From assembly GCA_963745035.1 (NCBI GenBank), contig CAVUVW010000014.1, positions 256,001 to 320,000 of the forward strand: a stretch of DNA of 64,000 nucleotides. Direction: 5' to 3'. This document shows positions 39,394 to 49,758 of this stretch, in pieces. A program made the position numbers and the translations under genes. The notes beneath the pieces are model-generated. The model had not been told where the DNA came from. It saw nothing but the letters and a program-made list of their open reading frames with translations, and searched no databases. Positions within the stretch are counted from its first letter, which is position 1, and every line of letters starts with the position of its first letter. The DNA is from an uncultured delta proteobacterium. GTDB taxonomy: Bacteria; Desulfobacterota; Binatia; UBA9968.

Positions 39394-40389
39394 CTATTTT
39401 TTCCCCTCCGCGCCGATCCCCAACTCCTGGTGCGCGCGGCGCAGATAGCTCATGTCGAGATATTTTTCCGGCGGCGGATAGGGCTTGCTCTTGAACAGGC
39501 GCTCGCCCATCAAATCGAGCAAGCGCTGGAAGCCGTCGCGGTTGACCGTGCCGTCGCGGCTGATGATGCCCTGGGTCAGGTATTCGTCCACCGTTACGCG
39601 CGTGGCTTTGAGCGGAATCCCGGTGCGCTTGCTCACCAGCTCCGCCGCTTGCTCGCGGTTGGCGTGCGCCCACTGCATCGAGCGCACCATCGCTTTGAGG
39701 TAGCGCACCGTGAGTTGGTTGTGCGCTTCGGCCCAGCGGCTGTCGACGATCAGGCTGTGAAACTGCAGGTTGGGAATGTAGTCCGACAGCTTGGCGATCT
39801 CCAGAAAACCCAGCTCGCGCGAGCGCGGCAGGTCGCCGCCGAGAATCATCGTCGCCGACGTGCTGCAGGTTTTGAGACTGGCGAGGCGTTGTCCCGTCGG
39901 TCCGTTCTGGACGATGGTGTAGTCGCGATTGAGCTCCAGGCCTTCGGCCTTGAGCATCTCGCGCAGAAAAATCGTGCTGCCCGACACCAGACTGACCGTG
40001 CCGATGGTCGTGCCCTTGAGCTCTTTGATCGATTTGTACTTGGGACAGGTGACCAGCGTGTAGGCGGCGACCGGCACCGTGCCGCCGATGATCTTGAGCG
40101 CAGCGCCGCGCTCCACGGCGTTGATCGCCGCCGACGGATCGACGATCGCGACGTTGACGTGATTGGCGATCAGCGCCTGGATCAAGGTGTCGGTGGAGCC
40201 GATCAATACCACGTCGCCCTGAATGCCTTCCTGGGCAAAGAAGCCCTTGTCCGTGGCGGCGTAGTTCGGCAACTGCTCGACGGTGCGCGAAACGTTGCCG
40301 ATCACGACCCGGTCGGCGGCGTGCGCCGGCGAAGAGAGCCAACAGAGCGCCAAAAAACAAACGCCGCGCGCGAGCCATTCAAGCTTCAT
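39394..40389 (-). CDS. ABC transporter substrate-binding protein (NMT1/SsuA-like)
   Basis: Signal peptide; LPNYAATDKGFFAQEGI; KSIKELKG. Confidence 0.9.
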   Translation of the reverse strand: MKLEWLARGVCFLALCWLSSPAHAADRVVIGNVSRTVEQLPNYAATDKGFFAQEGIQGDVVLIGSTDTLIQALIANHVNVAIVDPSAAINAVERGAALKIIGGTVPVAAYTLVTCPKYKSIKELKGTTIGTVSLVSGSTIFLREMLKAEGLELNRDYTIVQNGPTGQRLASLKTCSTSATMILGGDLPRSRELGFLEIAKLSDYIPNLQFHSLIVDSRWAEAHNQLTVRYLKAMVRSMQWAHANREQAAELVSKRTGIPLKATRVTVDEYLTQGIISRDGTVNRDGFQRLLDLMGERLFKSKPYPPPEKYLDMSYLRRAHQELGIGAEGKK

Positions 40390-40403
40390 GATCGCCTCCA
40401 TCA

Positions 40404-41273
40404 TCAGGGTTTTTCATAATACTTCGCGTAGTAATGATCGGCGATCTCGGCGCCGGTGGTTTTCCAGACGCCATCGTGAGCGCAGATGTATGCGAGCGCC
40501 TTGTCGAGATACTTGACGCGGAACGCCAGGCCGATGACGAACGGATGCAGCGGGATCGTCATCACCCGCCCTTGGGTCGCGCCCTCGGCGTACAACTGGT
40601 CGAATTGATCGCAAACCATTTGCAGCCAGTCCTTCGGCGTGTGGCCGCCCTGGAAAATCACCCGGATGTCGTTGAGACCCTGCTGGTAGGGAATCGCGAT
40701 CATCCGGCCCGATTTCACCCGCATGGCGTGGGGCTGATCGTCGAAGCCCCAATCGCACACATAGTCGAAGCCTTCGGCGGCGAGGTGGTCCAGCGTGTGC
40801 GGGCTTTCGTCGCCGCCGCCCGGACCGAGCCAGCCGCGCGGCGCCTTGCCGCTGGCGCCGGCGATGGTGTCGCGGATCTGCCGAATCACCGCGCGCTCTT
40901 CCTCGGCCGGATACTGGGTCATGCGGATATTGTTGGTCACGCCGTGGCCGAGCCACTCCCAATTTCTTTTGTTCCCTTCTTCGATGATCGCCGGATGATG
41001 GGCGCATACATCGGCGTTGAGCAGCACGGTGGCGCGGATCGCGTGCTTGTCGAGAACTTCCATCATGCGAAACACGCCGATGCGCGAGCCATAGTCGCGC
41101 AGCGCGTAGCCGGTCACGTCGGGCAGGTGCGCGCTCGGCGCGCCGGGAATGACCTTGTCGATATGAAAGAATTCGATGTTCGGCGCGACCATCAAGGCGA
41201 CGCGCGCGTTGTTCGGCCATCTGAAAGGTTTCCGGCGAACGATCGGTGAGTAGTCGTAGCGGTCGGTGTGCAT
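40404..41273 (-). CDS. Polysaccharide deacetylase family protein (PuuE/allantoinase-like)
   Basis: RWPNNARVAL, RDYGSRIGVFR, WEWLGHG, PRGWLGPG, IPLHPFVIG. Confidence 0.88.
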   Translation of the reverse strand: MHTDRYDYSPIVRRKPFRWPNNARVALMVAPNIEFFHIDKVIPGAPSAHLPDVTGYALRDYGSRIGVFRMMEVLDKHAIRATVLLNADVCAHHPAIIEEGNKRNWEWLGHGVTNNIRMTQYPAEEERAVIRQIRDTIAGASGKAPRGWLGPGGGDESPHTLDHLAAEGFDYVCDWGFDDQPHAMRVKSGRMIAIPYQQGLNDIRVIFQGGHTPKDWLQMVCDQFDQLYAEGATQGRVMTIPLHPFVIGLAFRVKYLDKALAYICAHDGVWKTTGAEIADHYYAKYYEKP

Positions 41274-41310
41274 GCTCTCGCTCCTTTTGGCTGGCCGGTC
41301 GGCGCGCCAG

Positions 41311-42258
41311 TCATTTTCCCGGCGTGGGAGCGCTCGGGATATGGCTCTCGTGAATTTGCAGGTACCACGTCGCGATCTCCTCGCGGCTGGGAAACCAAAC
41401 TCTGTCGCGCGACGCGGCATACTCGACGAACTCGCGCAGCGCGCCGATCCGATGCGCCTGCCCGATCACGTGCGGGTGCAGCCCGACGTTCATGATGCGG
41501 CCGGTCCGCGCGCCTTCGCCGTAAAGCTGATCGAAGCAGGTCTTGAGAGTTTCCAAACCCGCAGCGGCGGACATGCCGCCGCGGGCGAAGAGGTTAAAGT
41601 CGTTGATGTCGTTGGAGTAGGGCACGCAGACGATCGGGCCGTGCCCGGTGTGAATCAGATAGGGCTGATCGTCGTTCAAATAATCGCAATAGGCGATCAA
41701 GCCCTGCTCTTTCAAGAACGCCGGAGTATGAACGGTGCCGCGGATCGCCGAGGAGAGCCAGGCTTGCGCCGGCCGCCCGACGACTCTCTCGTAGGTTTCG
41801 AGAGTGCGGAGGATGAGCGCGCGCTCCGCATCCGGATCGTGCGCGTAAAAGGCCAGCAGATCGTTTTGCGCCCAGTTGTGCGGCACGAGCTCCCAGCCGC
41901 GCTCATTGCAGGCATCGACGATGCGGCGGCGCTCGGTCATGGTCATGCCGTTGATCGTGCAGGAAGGCTTGACCCCGACCTGATCGAACATGTCGATCAT
42001 GCGCCACACGCCCACGCGCTGGCCGTACTCGCGCCAAGTCCAATTCGCGGTGTCGAGCACGTCGCCGGGCAGCCCGTGCGGTATCGTCATCGGCCCGCCG
42101 GTGAAGAGCGGTTCTTTTTGGCCGGGCCGCGATTTTTCCCAATATTCGATATTGATCGTCAGAATCAGCGCAAGCTGCGCGCCGTTGGGAAAGCGCAGCG
42201 GCTTTCGATCGGGCAAGGGAACGTAAGGATAGTAGGAAGGCGGGGCTGCGTCGCTCAT
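41311..42258 (-). CDS. Polysaccharide deacetylase family protein (PuuE-like), tandem paralog
   Basis: RFPNGAQLAL, REYGQRVGVWR, DDQPY, VPYSNDIND, GLHPHVIG. Confidence 0.88.
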   Translation of the reverse strand: MSDAAPPSYYPYVPLPDRKPLRFPNGAQLALILTINIEYWEKSRPGQKEPLFTGGPMTIPHGLPGDVLDTANWTWREYGQRVGVWRMIDMFDQVGVKPSCTINGMTMTERRRIVDACNERGWELVPHNWAQNDLLAFYAHDPDAERALILRTLETYERVVGRPAQAWLSSAIRGTVHTPAFLKEQGLIAYCDYLNDDQPYLIHTGHGPIVCVPYSNDINDFNLFARGGMSAAAGLETLKTCFDQLYGEGARTGRIMNVGLHPHVIGQAHRIGALREFVEYAASRDRVWFPSREEIATWYLQIHESHIPSAPTPGK

Positions 42259-42290
42259 CGCGAATGCTATCCTGTCGCTTTCCGGTTCCG

Positions 42291-43427
42291 CTACTCGTCT
42301 TTCCGCTTCATCCGGAACTCGCCGCGTTTGGCGCCGTTGAAGGTGCCGTTCACGAGCCACTGATGCGAGGCTTCATGGAGCGCGTCGTGGTTTTTCTCCC
42401 AGACGAGAAAATGCGAGCCGCACGGGATGCTGACAAAGACCTTGTTATCCGTGCCGAGATCTTCGTAAAGCTGCTTGTTCGAGGCGTTGAGCTCATCGAA
42501 CTCGCCGAGCATGACCAAGGTCGGCACCTTGATGCGTTTGGCCTCCTCCGCGTTCCAGCCCCAATACGTTCGGGTCGGCGCGCGCATCACGCCGGGGCCC
42601 CAGGTCATGCCCCGCGGATCGTGCTCTTTGCTCAGCTCCCAGATGCGATCGGGCATGCCCGGCTCGATCTGATCGGGACACTTGGCGAACGGAAACCAGC
42701 GCTGCTTTTCCGCCAGCTCGCGGCTCTGAATCGTGATCGGAAATCCCGGCGCGGGCAGAGAGGCCGGCGCCGCGCTCGGGTTTTTGCGCGAGTAGTTCGA
42801 TGACGCGAAGATTACCAGTTTTTCAACTTTTTCCGGACGCTCGCTGGTGTACGTGCCGATCCGGTAGCCGCCGCCCGACCAGCCGAGCAGGTTGATCTTG
42901 TCGACGCCGCGCAGCCCGCGAATGTACTCGATCACGCGGTCGAGCTCGTCGTGCTCGCTTTGGCGGTTTGCCAATTGAAACGGATACGGCGGCTTGCAGA
43001 CTTCGTCGAGCGTTTTGGGAATAAGCGTCTTTTGCAGCGCGGGACTAACGTTGCAGGGATCGTCCATCATCGGGTGCGCCGATTTGCCGTAGCCGGTCAT
43101 GTCCATGGCGAAGACGTCGAATCCGGCGCGCGCGAGATAGGCCATCCAGCTATACGTTTCATGCTCGACGTCGAAGGCCAACGTCGAAGGCGAAACGCCG
43201 CCGTGAACCATCAAAACCACCGGCCGCGTCTTTTGCTCGTCGCCGGTCATCACCTTCTCGCGCACGAAGATCTGCACCTGCTCGCCTTTGTTGGCGGGCA
43301 CGGTAGAAACGTGGGGCACCTTGTGATCGATGGTGCGAATCCCGTCACTGCCCATATTCAGCGCGCCACAGCCCGACATCGCCGGCAATGACAAGACCAG
43401 CGCCGCCAGCGTAAATCTTTTTGCCAT
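42291..43427 (-). CDS. Alpha/beta fold hydrolase (lipoprotein signal)
   Basis: VLMVHG, DMTGYGKS, nucleophile elbow GWSGG, GEFD, CGSHF. Confidence 0.9.
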   Translation of the reverse strand: MAKRFTLAALVLSLPAMSGCGALNMGSDGIRTIDHKVPHVSTVPANKGEQVQIFVREKVMTGDEQKTRPVVLMVHGGVSPSTLAFDVEHETYSWMAYLARAGFDVFAMDMTGYGKSAHPMMDDPCNVSPALQKTLIPKTLDEVCKPPYPFQLANRQSEHDELDRVIEYIRGLRGVDKINLLGWSGGGYRIGTYTSERPEKVEKLVIFASSNYSRKNPSAAPASLPAPGFPITIQSRELAEKQRWFPFAKCPDQIEPGMPDRIWELSKEHDPRGMTWGPGVMRAPTRTYWGWNAEEAKRIKVPTLVMLGEFDELNASNKQLYEDLGTDNKVFVSIPCGSHFLVWEKNHDALHEASHQWLVNGTFNGAKRGEFRMKRKDE

Positions 43428-43543
43428 CGTTCCATGCTCCAAAGTTGGTTGGGTTCTTATGTGAGGAATGAAAGCCGGTAATGATGACCCGGCACATTTG
43501 CCGCCGAAGCGCCGAGCTTCGCCCGCGCCTTTGGCGGGCAGGC

Positions 43544-44038
43544 TCATTGCGCGGCCTTGTCGATCTGTTCTGCGCTCGTTTCCGGCCGGTGCGGAACCGG
43601 CGATTTCACGATCTCGTCGTAGGTCGGCGTCGGCATCCCGGCTTTCCAGCTCGCGTCGCGCAGCTCGATGCGATTGCCGCTCGGATCGAGCACGAAAAGC
43701 TGGCGGCCGGTGAAAAAGCCGCCGGGCCGGTAATCGACCGGCTCGCGAATCTGGATGCCGAGATCATGAAAAACTTTGCAAGCGCGCACGAACATTTCCG
43801 GGCTGACGTCGAAGGCGTGATGCAAGCGACCGTCTTGCTCCACCGTCCGCACGAGCGGTTCGTTGCGCTGACAAAGAATAATATTATGGTTGCCGAGCTT
43901 GAAACAGGACATGGGCGAGTGGGCGAGCCGGCCGACGTGTTCCAGGCCGAGGATTTCGCCGTAAAACTTTTCCGACTCCTCGAGATTGTTCACCGGAATC
44001 GACCAGTGAACCACGGCATCGAGTTTCAAGAGACCCAT
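43544..44038 (-). CDS. VOC (glyoxalase/bleomycin resistance) family protein
   Basis: HWSIPVNNLEESEKFYGEILG, HHAFDV, DPSGNRIEL. Confidence 0.9.
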   Translation of the reverse strand: MGLLKLDAVVHWSIPVNNLEESEKFYGEILGLEHVGRLAHSPMSCFKLGNHNIILCQRNEPLVRTVEQDGRLHHAFDVSPEMFVRACKVFHDLGIQIREPVDYRPGGFFTGRQLFVLDPSGNRIELRDASWKAGMPTPTYDEIVKSPVPHRPETSAEQIDKAAQ

Positions 44039-44569
44039 AGGCGTTCTCCTTTGGAGCTTGCCTTATCGCATTCACCGGAAGCTGTCTACAACGACAGCGA
44101 TTCTTTGACAATCGGAAGGCCCGTTCCGCGATGGCCGAGTCGTTTCAGACAACACAGGCGCAGGAAATGACCACTCTGGTCCAAGACGGCGTGCCCAAAG
44201 AACTGCAGGCCGGCACACGGAGAAAAATTGGCCGCGGGCGGGAACGATTGAAAGACCACCTCGGGACCGAAGGTATTGTCCAAAGCGTTGGGACCAAAGC
44301 TGCCAGCATTGAGCGGGCCTGAGCGAATTCCCAGAATGGGTTGAAATCTTTGAACTGAGCCTTTTCCGGGGTGTAGTAAGCGTTTCGCCGCAACCCTGTC
44401 GCGAACGATGGGACAGCCTCCGCGGACAAATTTTATTGACGCACCGTAGACCCTGTGTTAATTGGCAATTTTCGAGACCAATTCGTTCATCGCCAAGACG
44501 GGTTGGCGAAAATCTTTGAGATTCCGCCGCACAAGTTCGCATCGAGCATTCACCTGGAGGTTTAGGAAA

Positions 44570-45631
44570 ATGAAATTATTCAGCGCCAAATTACTCGTGG
44601 CTGCAGTCCTGGTAACCGTTCCTTGCCTTCCCAGCGCATGGGCGCAGGGGAGAACGCCGCTCTCTTCCGGCGAGCTGGCGGCATACAGCGGGCCCGATCG
44701 AGAGCAGCGTCTTGTCGAAGGGGCGAAGGCCGAAGGTAAAGTGGTCTGGTACACTTCCCTCGCCGGCAGTTCTTATAAAGAAATCGCCAAAGGCTTCGAG
44801 ACGAAATATCCCGGGATAAAAGTTGAGACCTATCGCGGCACCAGCACGGACATCATGACCCGGATCAGCGCCGAGGCGCAAGCCAAGCAAACCCTCGCCG
44901 ACGTTCTCGAGACGACCATGCCGCCGTTGACCTATCTGCGCGAAAACAAATTGCTCGCCGCCTACAATTCACCCCATCTCGGCAAGTATCCGGCGAGCAC
45001 AAAAGAAAACGCCGGGCGCGGGCTGGTCTACTGGGTCATCGATCGCGAAACCTACAGCGGCGTCGGCTACAACACGAATCTCATTCCCGCCGCCGCCGTG
45101 CCGAAAAACTACGGCGACCTGCTGAAACCGGAGCTCAAAGGAAAAATCGGATTCGTCTCCAACGAAACCGGCGTGCGCGCGCTGGGTGGGATGCTCAAAG
45201 TGAAAGGGGAAGAATTCGTCAAAAAATTAAAATCCCAGGAAATCGTTCTGCAATCCGTATCGGGGCGAGCGATGGCGGATCTGGTCGTTTCCGGTGAAGT
45301 ACCGCTCTCCCCGACGATCTTTCGCGACCATGCGACGGAGCTCAAAGCCAAAGGAGCGCCGGTGGAATGGGTGCCGATGGATGTAACGCCGACCAACACC
45401 GGCGGCGTCGCGATTATGGCCCGCGCGGCTCGTCCGCATGCAGCCCTGCTGATGGCGGATTTTCTTCTCAGTCCCGAAGGTGCAAAAATTCTCAGCGACT
45501 TGGAATACGGCAGCCCGCTGAAACCAACGAGCTATAAGCTCTGGTATCCCGAAGCCGGCATGTCGATGGCTCAGTACGATAAAGCGATGGAGCGGTGGGA
45601 AAAGTTACTCAGAGAAATCGGCCGCAAATAG
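44570..45631 (+). CDS. Extracellular solute-binding protein (iron/thiamine/polyamine ABC family)
   Basis: GAKAEGKVVWYTS, PKNYGDLLKPELKG, ARPHAALLMADFLLS. Confidence 0.9.
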   Translation: MKLFSAKLLVAAVLVTVPCLPSAWAQGRTPLSSGELAAYSGPDREQRLVEGAKAEGKVVWYTSLAGSSYKEIAKGFETKYPGIKVETYRGTSTDIMTRISAEAQAKQTLADVLETTMPPLTYLRENKLLAAYNSPHLGKYPASTKENAGRGLVYWVIDRETYSGVGYNTNLIPAAAVPKNYGDLLKPELKGKIGFVSNETGVRALGGMLKVKGEEFVKKLKSQEIVLQSVSGRAMADLVVSGEVPLSPTIFRDHATELKAKGAPVEWVPMDVTPTNTGGVAIMARAARPHAALLMADFLLSPEGAKILSDLEYGSPLKPTSYKLWYPEAGMSMAQYDKAMERWEKLLREIGRK

Positions 45632-45634
45632 GAA

Positions 45635-45920
45635 TCGCCACTACGGTCGGCAGCGTGGACGCGACGGTCATCACGAGCCCGGCCGAGTTTGCGGCCGAGA
45701 AGCAGGGACTGCGCGTGATCATGCCGGCGCGCGAGTTGGGAGAGCTCGTGCGCATTCCGATCACCGGCATCGGCGCGACCCAGAAAAAGATGGAAAAAGA
45801 TCCCGATGAGATCGTCCGGCTCCTGCGCGCGCTGCGCCTGGCGACGCTCTATCCGCTGAACAATCCCGAATATCGCCAGTCGGTGTTTCAAAGAATAATG
45901 CGCGTCAGCCCTCCTCTGAC
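45635..45920 (+). pseudogene. Internal fragment of an NMT1-like substrate-binding protein
   Basis: GSVDATVITSPAEFAAEKQG...DPDEIVRLLRAL with no start or signal peptide; ends at the shift to lower GC. Confidence 0.6.
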
Positions 45921-46050
45921 CACCGTTGTGTCGTGAGTTTTTAACTTTGTCGCGTTACCGCAAATCGGCTCTTCCCCGGTAGTCAGCCAGCGGTGGACTC
46001 TCGAAATGGCCGCTTCACTTCTATGATCTTTCTTGGCATCATCGCGGGAA

Positions 46051-48061
46051 ATGCAAATGCCGCCCGAGTCACATGCTGTTAAACCAGTGTCGTCGCGTGC
46101 TTGGTATTCCTCCTCCATTGAAGATTTTCTAAAAACCCAACCAACTACGGTCATTGGTGAACTGGCGACAAACACAGATTTTACCCTGCTTCCTACGCAG
46201 AAGGATGCTTGGTTACAGCAGCTTGGTTTTCTGCAAGAGCACCTTGTTGGTCTAACCGGTGCGGTGCTTTTAGAGTTCAACATTCCGCGCATGGGTCGGC
46301 GGATTGATACGGTTCTGCTCGTTGGCCCAGTCGTGTTCGTGATTGAGTTTAAAGTTGGTGAGAGCAGCTTTGATCGTGCGGCGTCGGACCAAGTTTGGGA
46401 TTACGCGTTGGATCTGAAGAATTTTCACGAAGCTAGCCATTCTGCTTCAATCGTTCCTGTTCTCGTCGCTACTGAAGCGACGAAGTCGCCTGAGTTGAGG
46501 CTTAGCGCAGACGACGACAAAGTGTATCGCCCCATTTACGTGCATCCCGCTGGTTTTCGAGGCGTCATTGACACTGCACTCCAAACTGTAGGGGACGAGA
46601 TAATCGATCAACAGAAATGGTCGAACGCTCGCTATCGTCCAACGCCGACCATCGTGGAAGCTGCTCGGGCTCTTTATGCTCAGCATTCGGTCGAGGCCAT
46701 CGCCCGTTTCGATGCAGGAGCGCAGAATTTAAGGGTCACATCATCTCGAATCGAAGAACTGGTGGACCAGGCGAGGGCACAGAAGTGCAAGCTCATTTGT
46801 TTCGTCACGGGTGTTCCTGGAGCAGGCAAAACACTCGTTGGCCTTAACATCGCTACCCAACACCGCGATGTAAACCAGCCAACACACGCCGTTTTTCTTT
46901 CAGGGAACGGTCCGCTAGTCGCTGTACTACGGGAAGCGCTGACCCGTGACGAGGTGGAACGCAAAAAGACTCAAGGGGTTCGGGTTCGAAAGGGAGAAGT
47001 CGGCGAGAGCGTAAAGGCGTTCATCCAGAACGTTCACAATTTCCGCGACGAGGCTTTGATCGACTCATCTCCTCCGCCCGAACATGTGGTGATATTCGAT
47101 GAGGCGCAGCGTGCGTGGAATTTGCAAAAAACCGCAAATTTCATGAAGAGGCGAAAAAATCGGCCTGGATTCTCGCATTCCGAACCGGAATTCCTCATCT
47201 CGTGCATGGATCGCCACACGAATGGGCAGTGATTGTTTGCCTTGTCGGTGGAGGACAGGAGATTCACACAGGCGAAGCCGGCATCGATTCTTGGCTTGAC
47301 GCAATAAATGCTAGCTTCCCACGTTGGCACATGCACATCTCATCAAGACTCACCGATACCGAATACGCTGCTGGCAAAGCTTTGGGCGCAGTCCGTCAGC
47401 GCCAGAATACTCACTTCGACGATTGTCTACATCTTGCCGTCTCGATGAGATCGTTTCGGGCCGAGAATGTTTCAGCTTTCGTCAAAGCATTGCTCGACTG
47501 TGAAAAGCAGCAAGCACGCGACGCTTTCGTGCAATTAGTGGATCGTTATCCTATCGCCCTTACTCGGGACCTGCGCCGTGCTAAGCAATGGATTCGTGAG
47601 CATGCTAGGGGAACCGAGAGATTTGGATTGGTTGCGTCATCCAAGGCTCAACGTCTCAAACCTCATGCGATCGATATTCGTGTGGACGTTGATCCGGTCC
47701 ATTGGTTTTTAAATGATAAGGATGACACCCGATCGAGCTACTATCTCGAGGATGCCGCCACGGAGTTTCAGGTGCAAGGTTTGGAATTAGACTGGGCCTG
47801 TGTGACTTGGGATGGCGATCTGCGTTTCACCGGTTCCGGGTGGAGCTATCACGATTTTCGCGGTACTCGCTGGTGTAACATCGCGAACCCGGACAGTCGC
47901 CGCTACGTATGCAACGCCTATAGAGTCCTGCTCACCCGCGCTCGGCAAGGGATGGTAATTTTCGTGCCGCCGGTGACTCAACTGATCCCACTAGGTCTCC
48001 AGCGTTTTACGATTCAACATTTAACTATCTGACCGAGCTCGGCATTCCCGTCCTGCAATAG
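46051..48061 (+). CDS. DUF2075 / Schlafen group 3-type helicase with N-terminal PD-(D/E)xK-like nuclease (frameshifts near 47220 and 47970)
   Basis: RRIDTVLL..VIEFK; Walker A GVPGAGKT; FLSGNGPL; FDEAQRAW; ATEFQVQGLELDW; NAYRVLLTRARQG. Confidence 0.85.
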
Positions 48062-48093
48062 GCGTTTCGGCCGCGTCTTCAATAGGAGATCAG

Positions 48094-48344
48094 TCAGAAA
48101 CCAGCGGAACCATCTTCCTTAGCAAGAACAACGGCAATTGCTAATGCGTTGCGCAGCATAAAAGCACCGTAAATGTCGGCGAGCTTCAAGAGTTCATGCG
48201 CACCTGACAGAGTCCAATCTGCCGAATCCGCAAGTTCTTTGATAATTCTTGACTCGTCGTATGTGCCATTACTTTGCTCCGCTAAGCGCTGCATATTCGT
48301 CGACCAAAGAATCTACGTGCTCACCCTCTGTCATAGACTGCTCT
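48094..48344 (-). CDS. Small hypothetical protein (probable 5' frameshift)
   Basis: MTEGEHVDSLVDEY upstream appears to join ORF 48094-48294; lies in the lower-GC insert. Confidence 0.45.
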
Positions 48345-48741
48345 TTCCTCTCGTTCGGATTGAGACATTAATACCGCTTTTTGACTAAAGAAGCCGGCGG
48401 TGAGAAGAGGTCAATAGGACAAGCTGTTTTCAAGCAGATCAACGAGCCTTGCCTTCAGTGGCGTCCTACGGCAATACTCCGGTCGATTCTTTTTTTGGCT
48501 GCGTATGGTTCTCAGTCACCTTTTCATACTCCTCCTTCTCGCACACGCGAGCTTCAGCACAGAGGCTTCAAGGCTTCAGGGTCACTCCGGCTTCAGTCCG
48601 GCTTCAGGATCAAATCTTGACTTAGGTACTCCGGTTTGACGGATTAAGTAACGGGCCCGGGCATGGTCGACTTGCCTAAGTCTCCTCGTAGCGTGGCGAG
48701 GGCTTTCCCGCACACTTGCCGTGGGATTGGAACAGTTATCC

Positions 48742-49143
48742 TTACAGATGTGAGAAGAACGCAGGCGCTTCTTGCCACCTGTCGTTCAGCCCGTCAATGT
48801 ACGTGATCGGCACCTTGGAAAGTTCTTCCTCCGTAACTTCCTCCAGGCAGCCGACGTTCACGCCGTACATCTTGCCGATGGGAGTCTCATTGCCGACGCC
48901 GAAGGCGCGGACGCCGCAGTTTTTGCAGAAGAAGTGCTGGTTCTTCTTGGTATTAAAGCGGTACTCGGTCATCTCGTGCTCGCCCGCTAGCAAGCGAAAG
49001 CTCTCGGGCTTGGCAACTGCCACCCAGAACCGGTTTCTCCTGCAGATGGAGCAGTTGCACCGGTACGTGCTCGCCGTCAAGTCGAGGTCGGCCTCGAATC
49101 GAACCGCTCCGCAGTGGCAACTGCCGCGATAGGTCTTCAACAT
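48742..49143 (-). CDS. GFA (glutathione-dependent formaldehyde-activating / CENP-V) family protein
   Basis: GSCHCGAVRF, CNCSIC, FCKNCG, GVNVGCL; GGAGG RBS. Confidence 0.93.
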   Translation of the reverse strand: MLKTYRGSCHCGAVRFEADLDLTASTYRCNCSICRRNRFWVAVAKPESFRLLAGEHEMTEYRFNTKKNQHFFCKNCGVRAFGVGNETPIGKMYGVNVGCLEEVTEEELSKVPITYIDGLNDRWQEAPAFFSHL

Positions 49144-49192
49144 TCATCGCCTCCTGGGTCTGGTCATCGTGTTCGTGTTTCGTGATCGTGTC

Positions 49193-49564
49193 TTACTGGC
49201 CGACGCCACTTCGATCTGGCGCCGCACCGCGCGCCGATGAGCGTAAGTCAGCTGGGCGGCCATGCACGCAAGCTCCAGGTAGTAGTTTTCTCAAGCGAAC
49301 CTCGCTCCAGTCAAGCACCCGAGCCGCAACCAACGACTGTTGCGCGATCAGGAATCCGCCGGCGAAGAGAAAGACGAGACCCGGTCCGGGAATGAAGAGA
49401 AGAAGGAACCCCGCGGCCATGAGCAAGAGGCCGCCGACAATCAGGAGTGCCTTTTGAATCGGACTGCGGCCGGCGCTATGACGGCGCTTGAACTCTTGCT
49501 GAAAACGCTGCCCCGGGTTAGCCGCTTTGAGACGTAGCCAGGTTTGTTTGAACTTTTCCCACAT
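49193..49564 (-). CDS. PGPGW-like small membrane protein
   Basis: TM hairpin GFLLLFIPGPGLVFL; C-terminus may be frameshifted. Confidence 0.6.
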   Translation of the reverse strand: MWEKFKQTWLRLKAANPGQRFQQEFKRRHSAGRSPIQKALLIVGGLLLMAAGFLLLFIPGPGLVFLFAGGFLIAQQSLVAARVLDWSEVRLRKLLPGACVHGRPADLRSSARGAAPDRSGVGQ

Positions 49565-49758
49565 TGCGACTGACCCTTCGGCTGTCGCGGGTCTTGCCAA
49601 GCAGCTTAGCACCGCATCATACCGATGGAACCGGGTGGGTATGTGGGAAAGATTCAACTACGTTCGCCGCTTGCCGGCCATTATTTCCTTACCAACGACA
49701 TATAACGTTCAACGGCCGTCGCATTAGCCGGCCGATTCCATTCGTGCCATCGTTCCGC

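Noticed and set aside
38548-40419. Long antisense ORFs (also 10599-12131, 7503-9101, 15420-16715, 54947-56191)
   Set aside because: Shadow frames of well-supported genes on the opposite strand, expected in high-GC DNA; no motifs
43514-43546. Hairpin directly after the TGA of the VOC gene as a possible SECIS
   Set aside because: The VOC domain is complete before the TGA and the read-through sequence is not protein-like; more likely a terminator or stabilising hairpin
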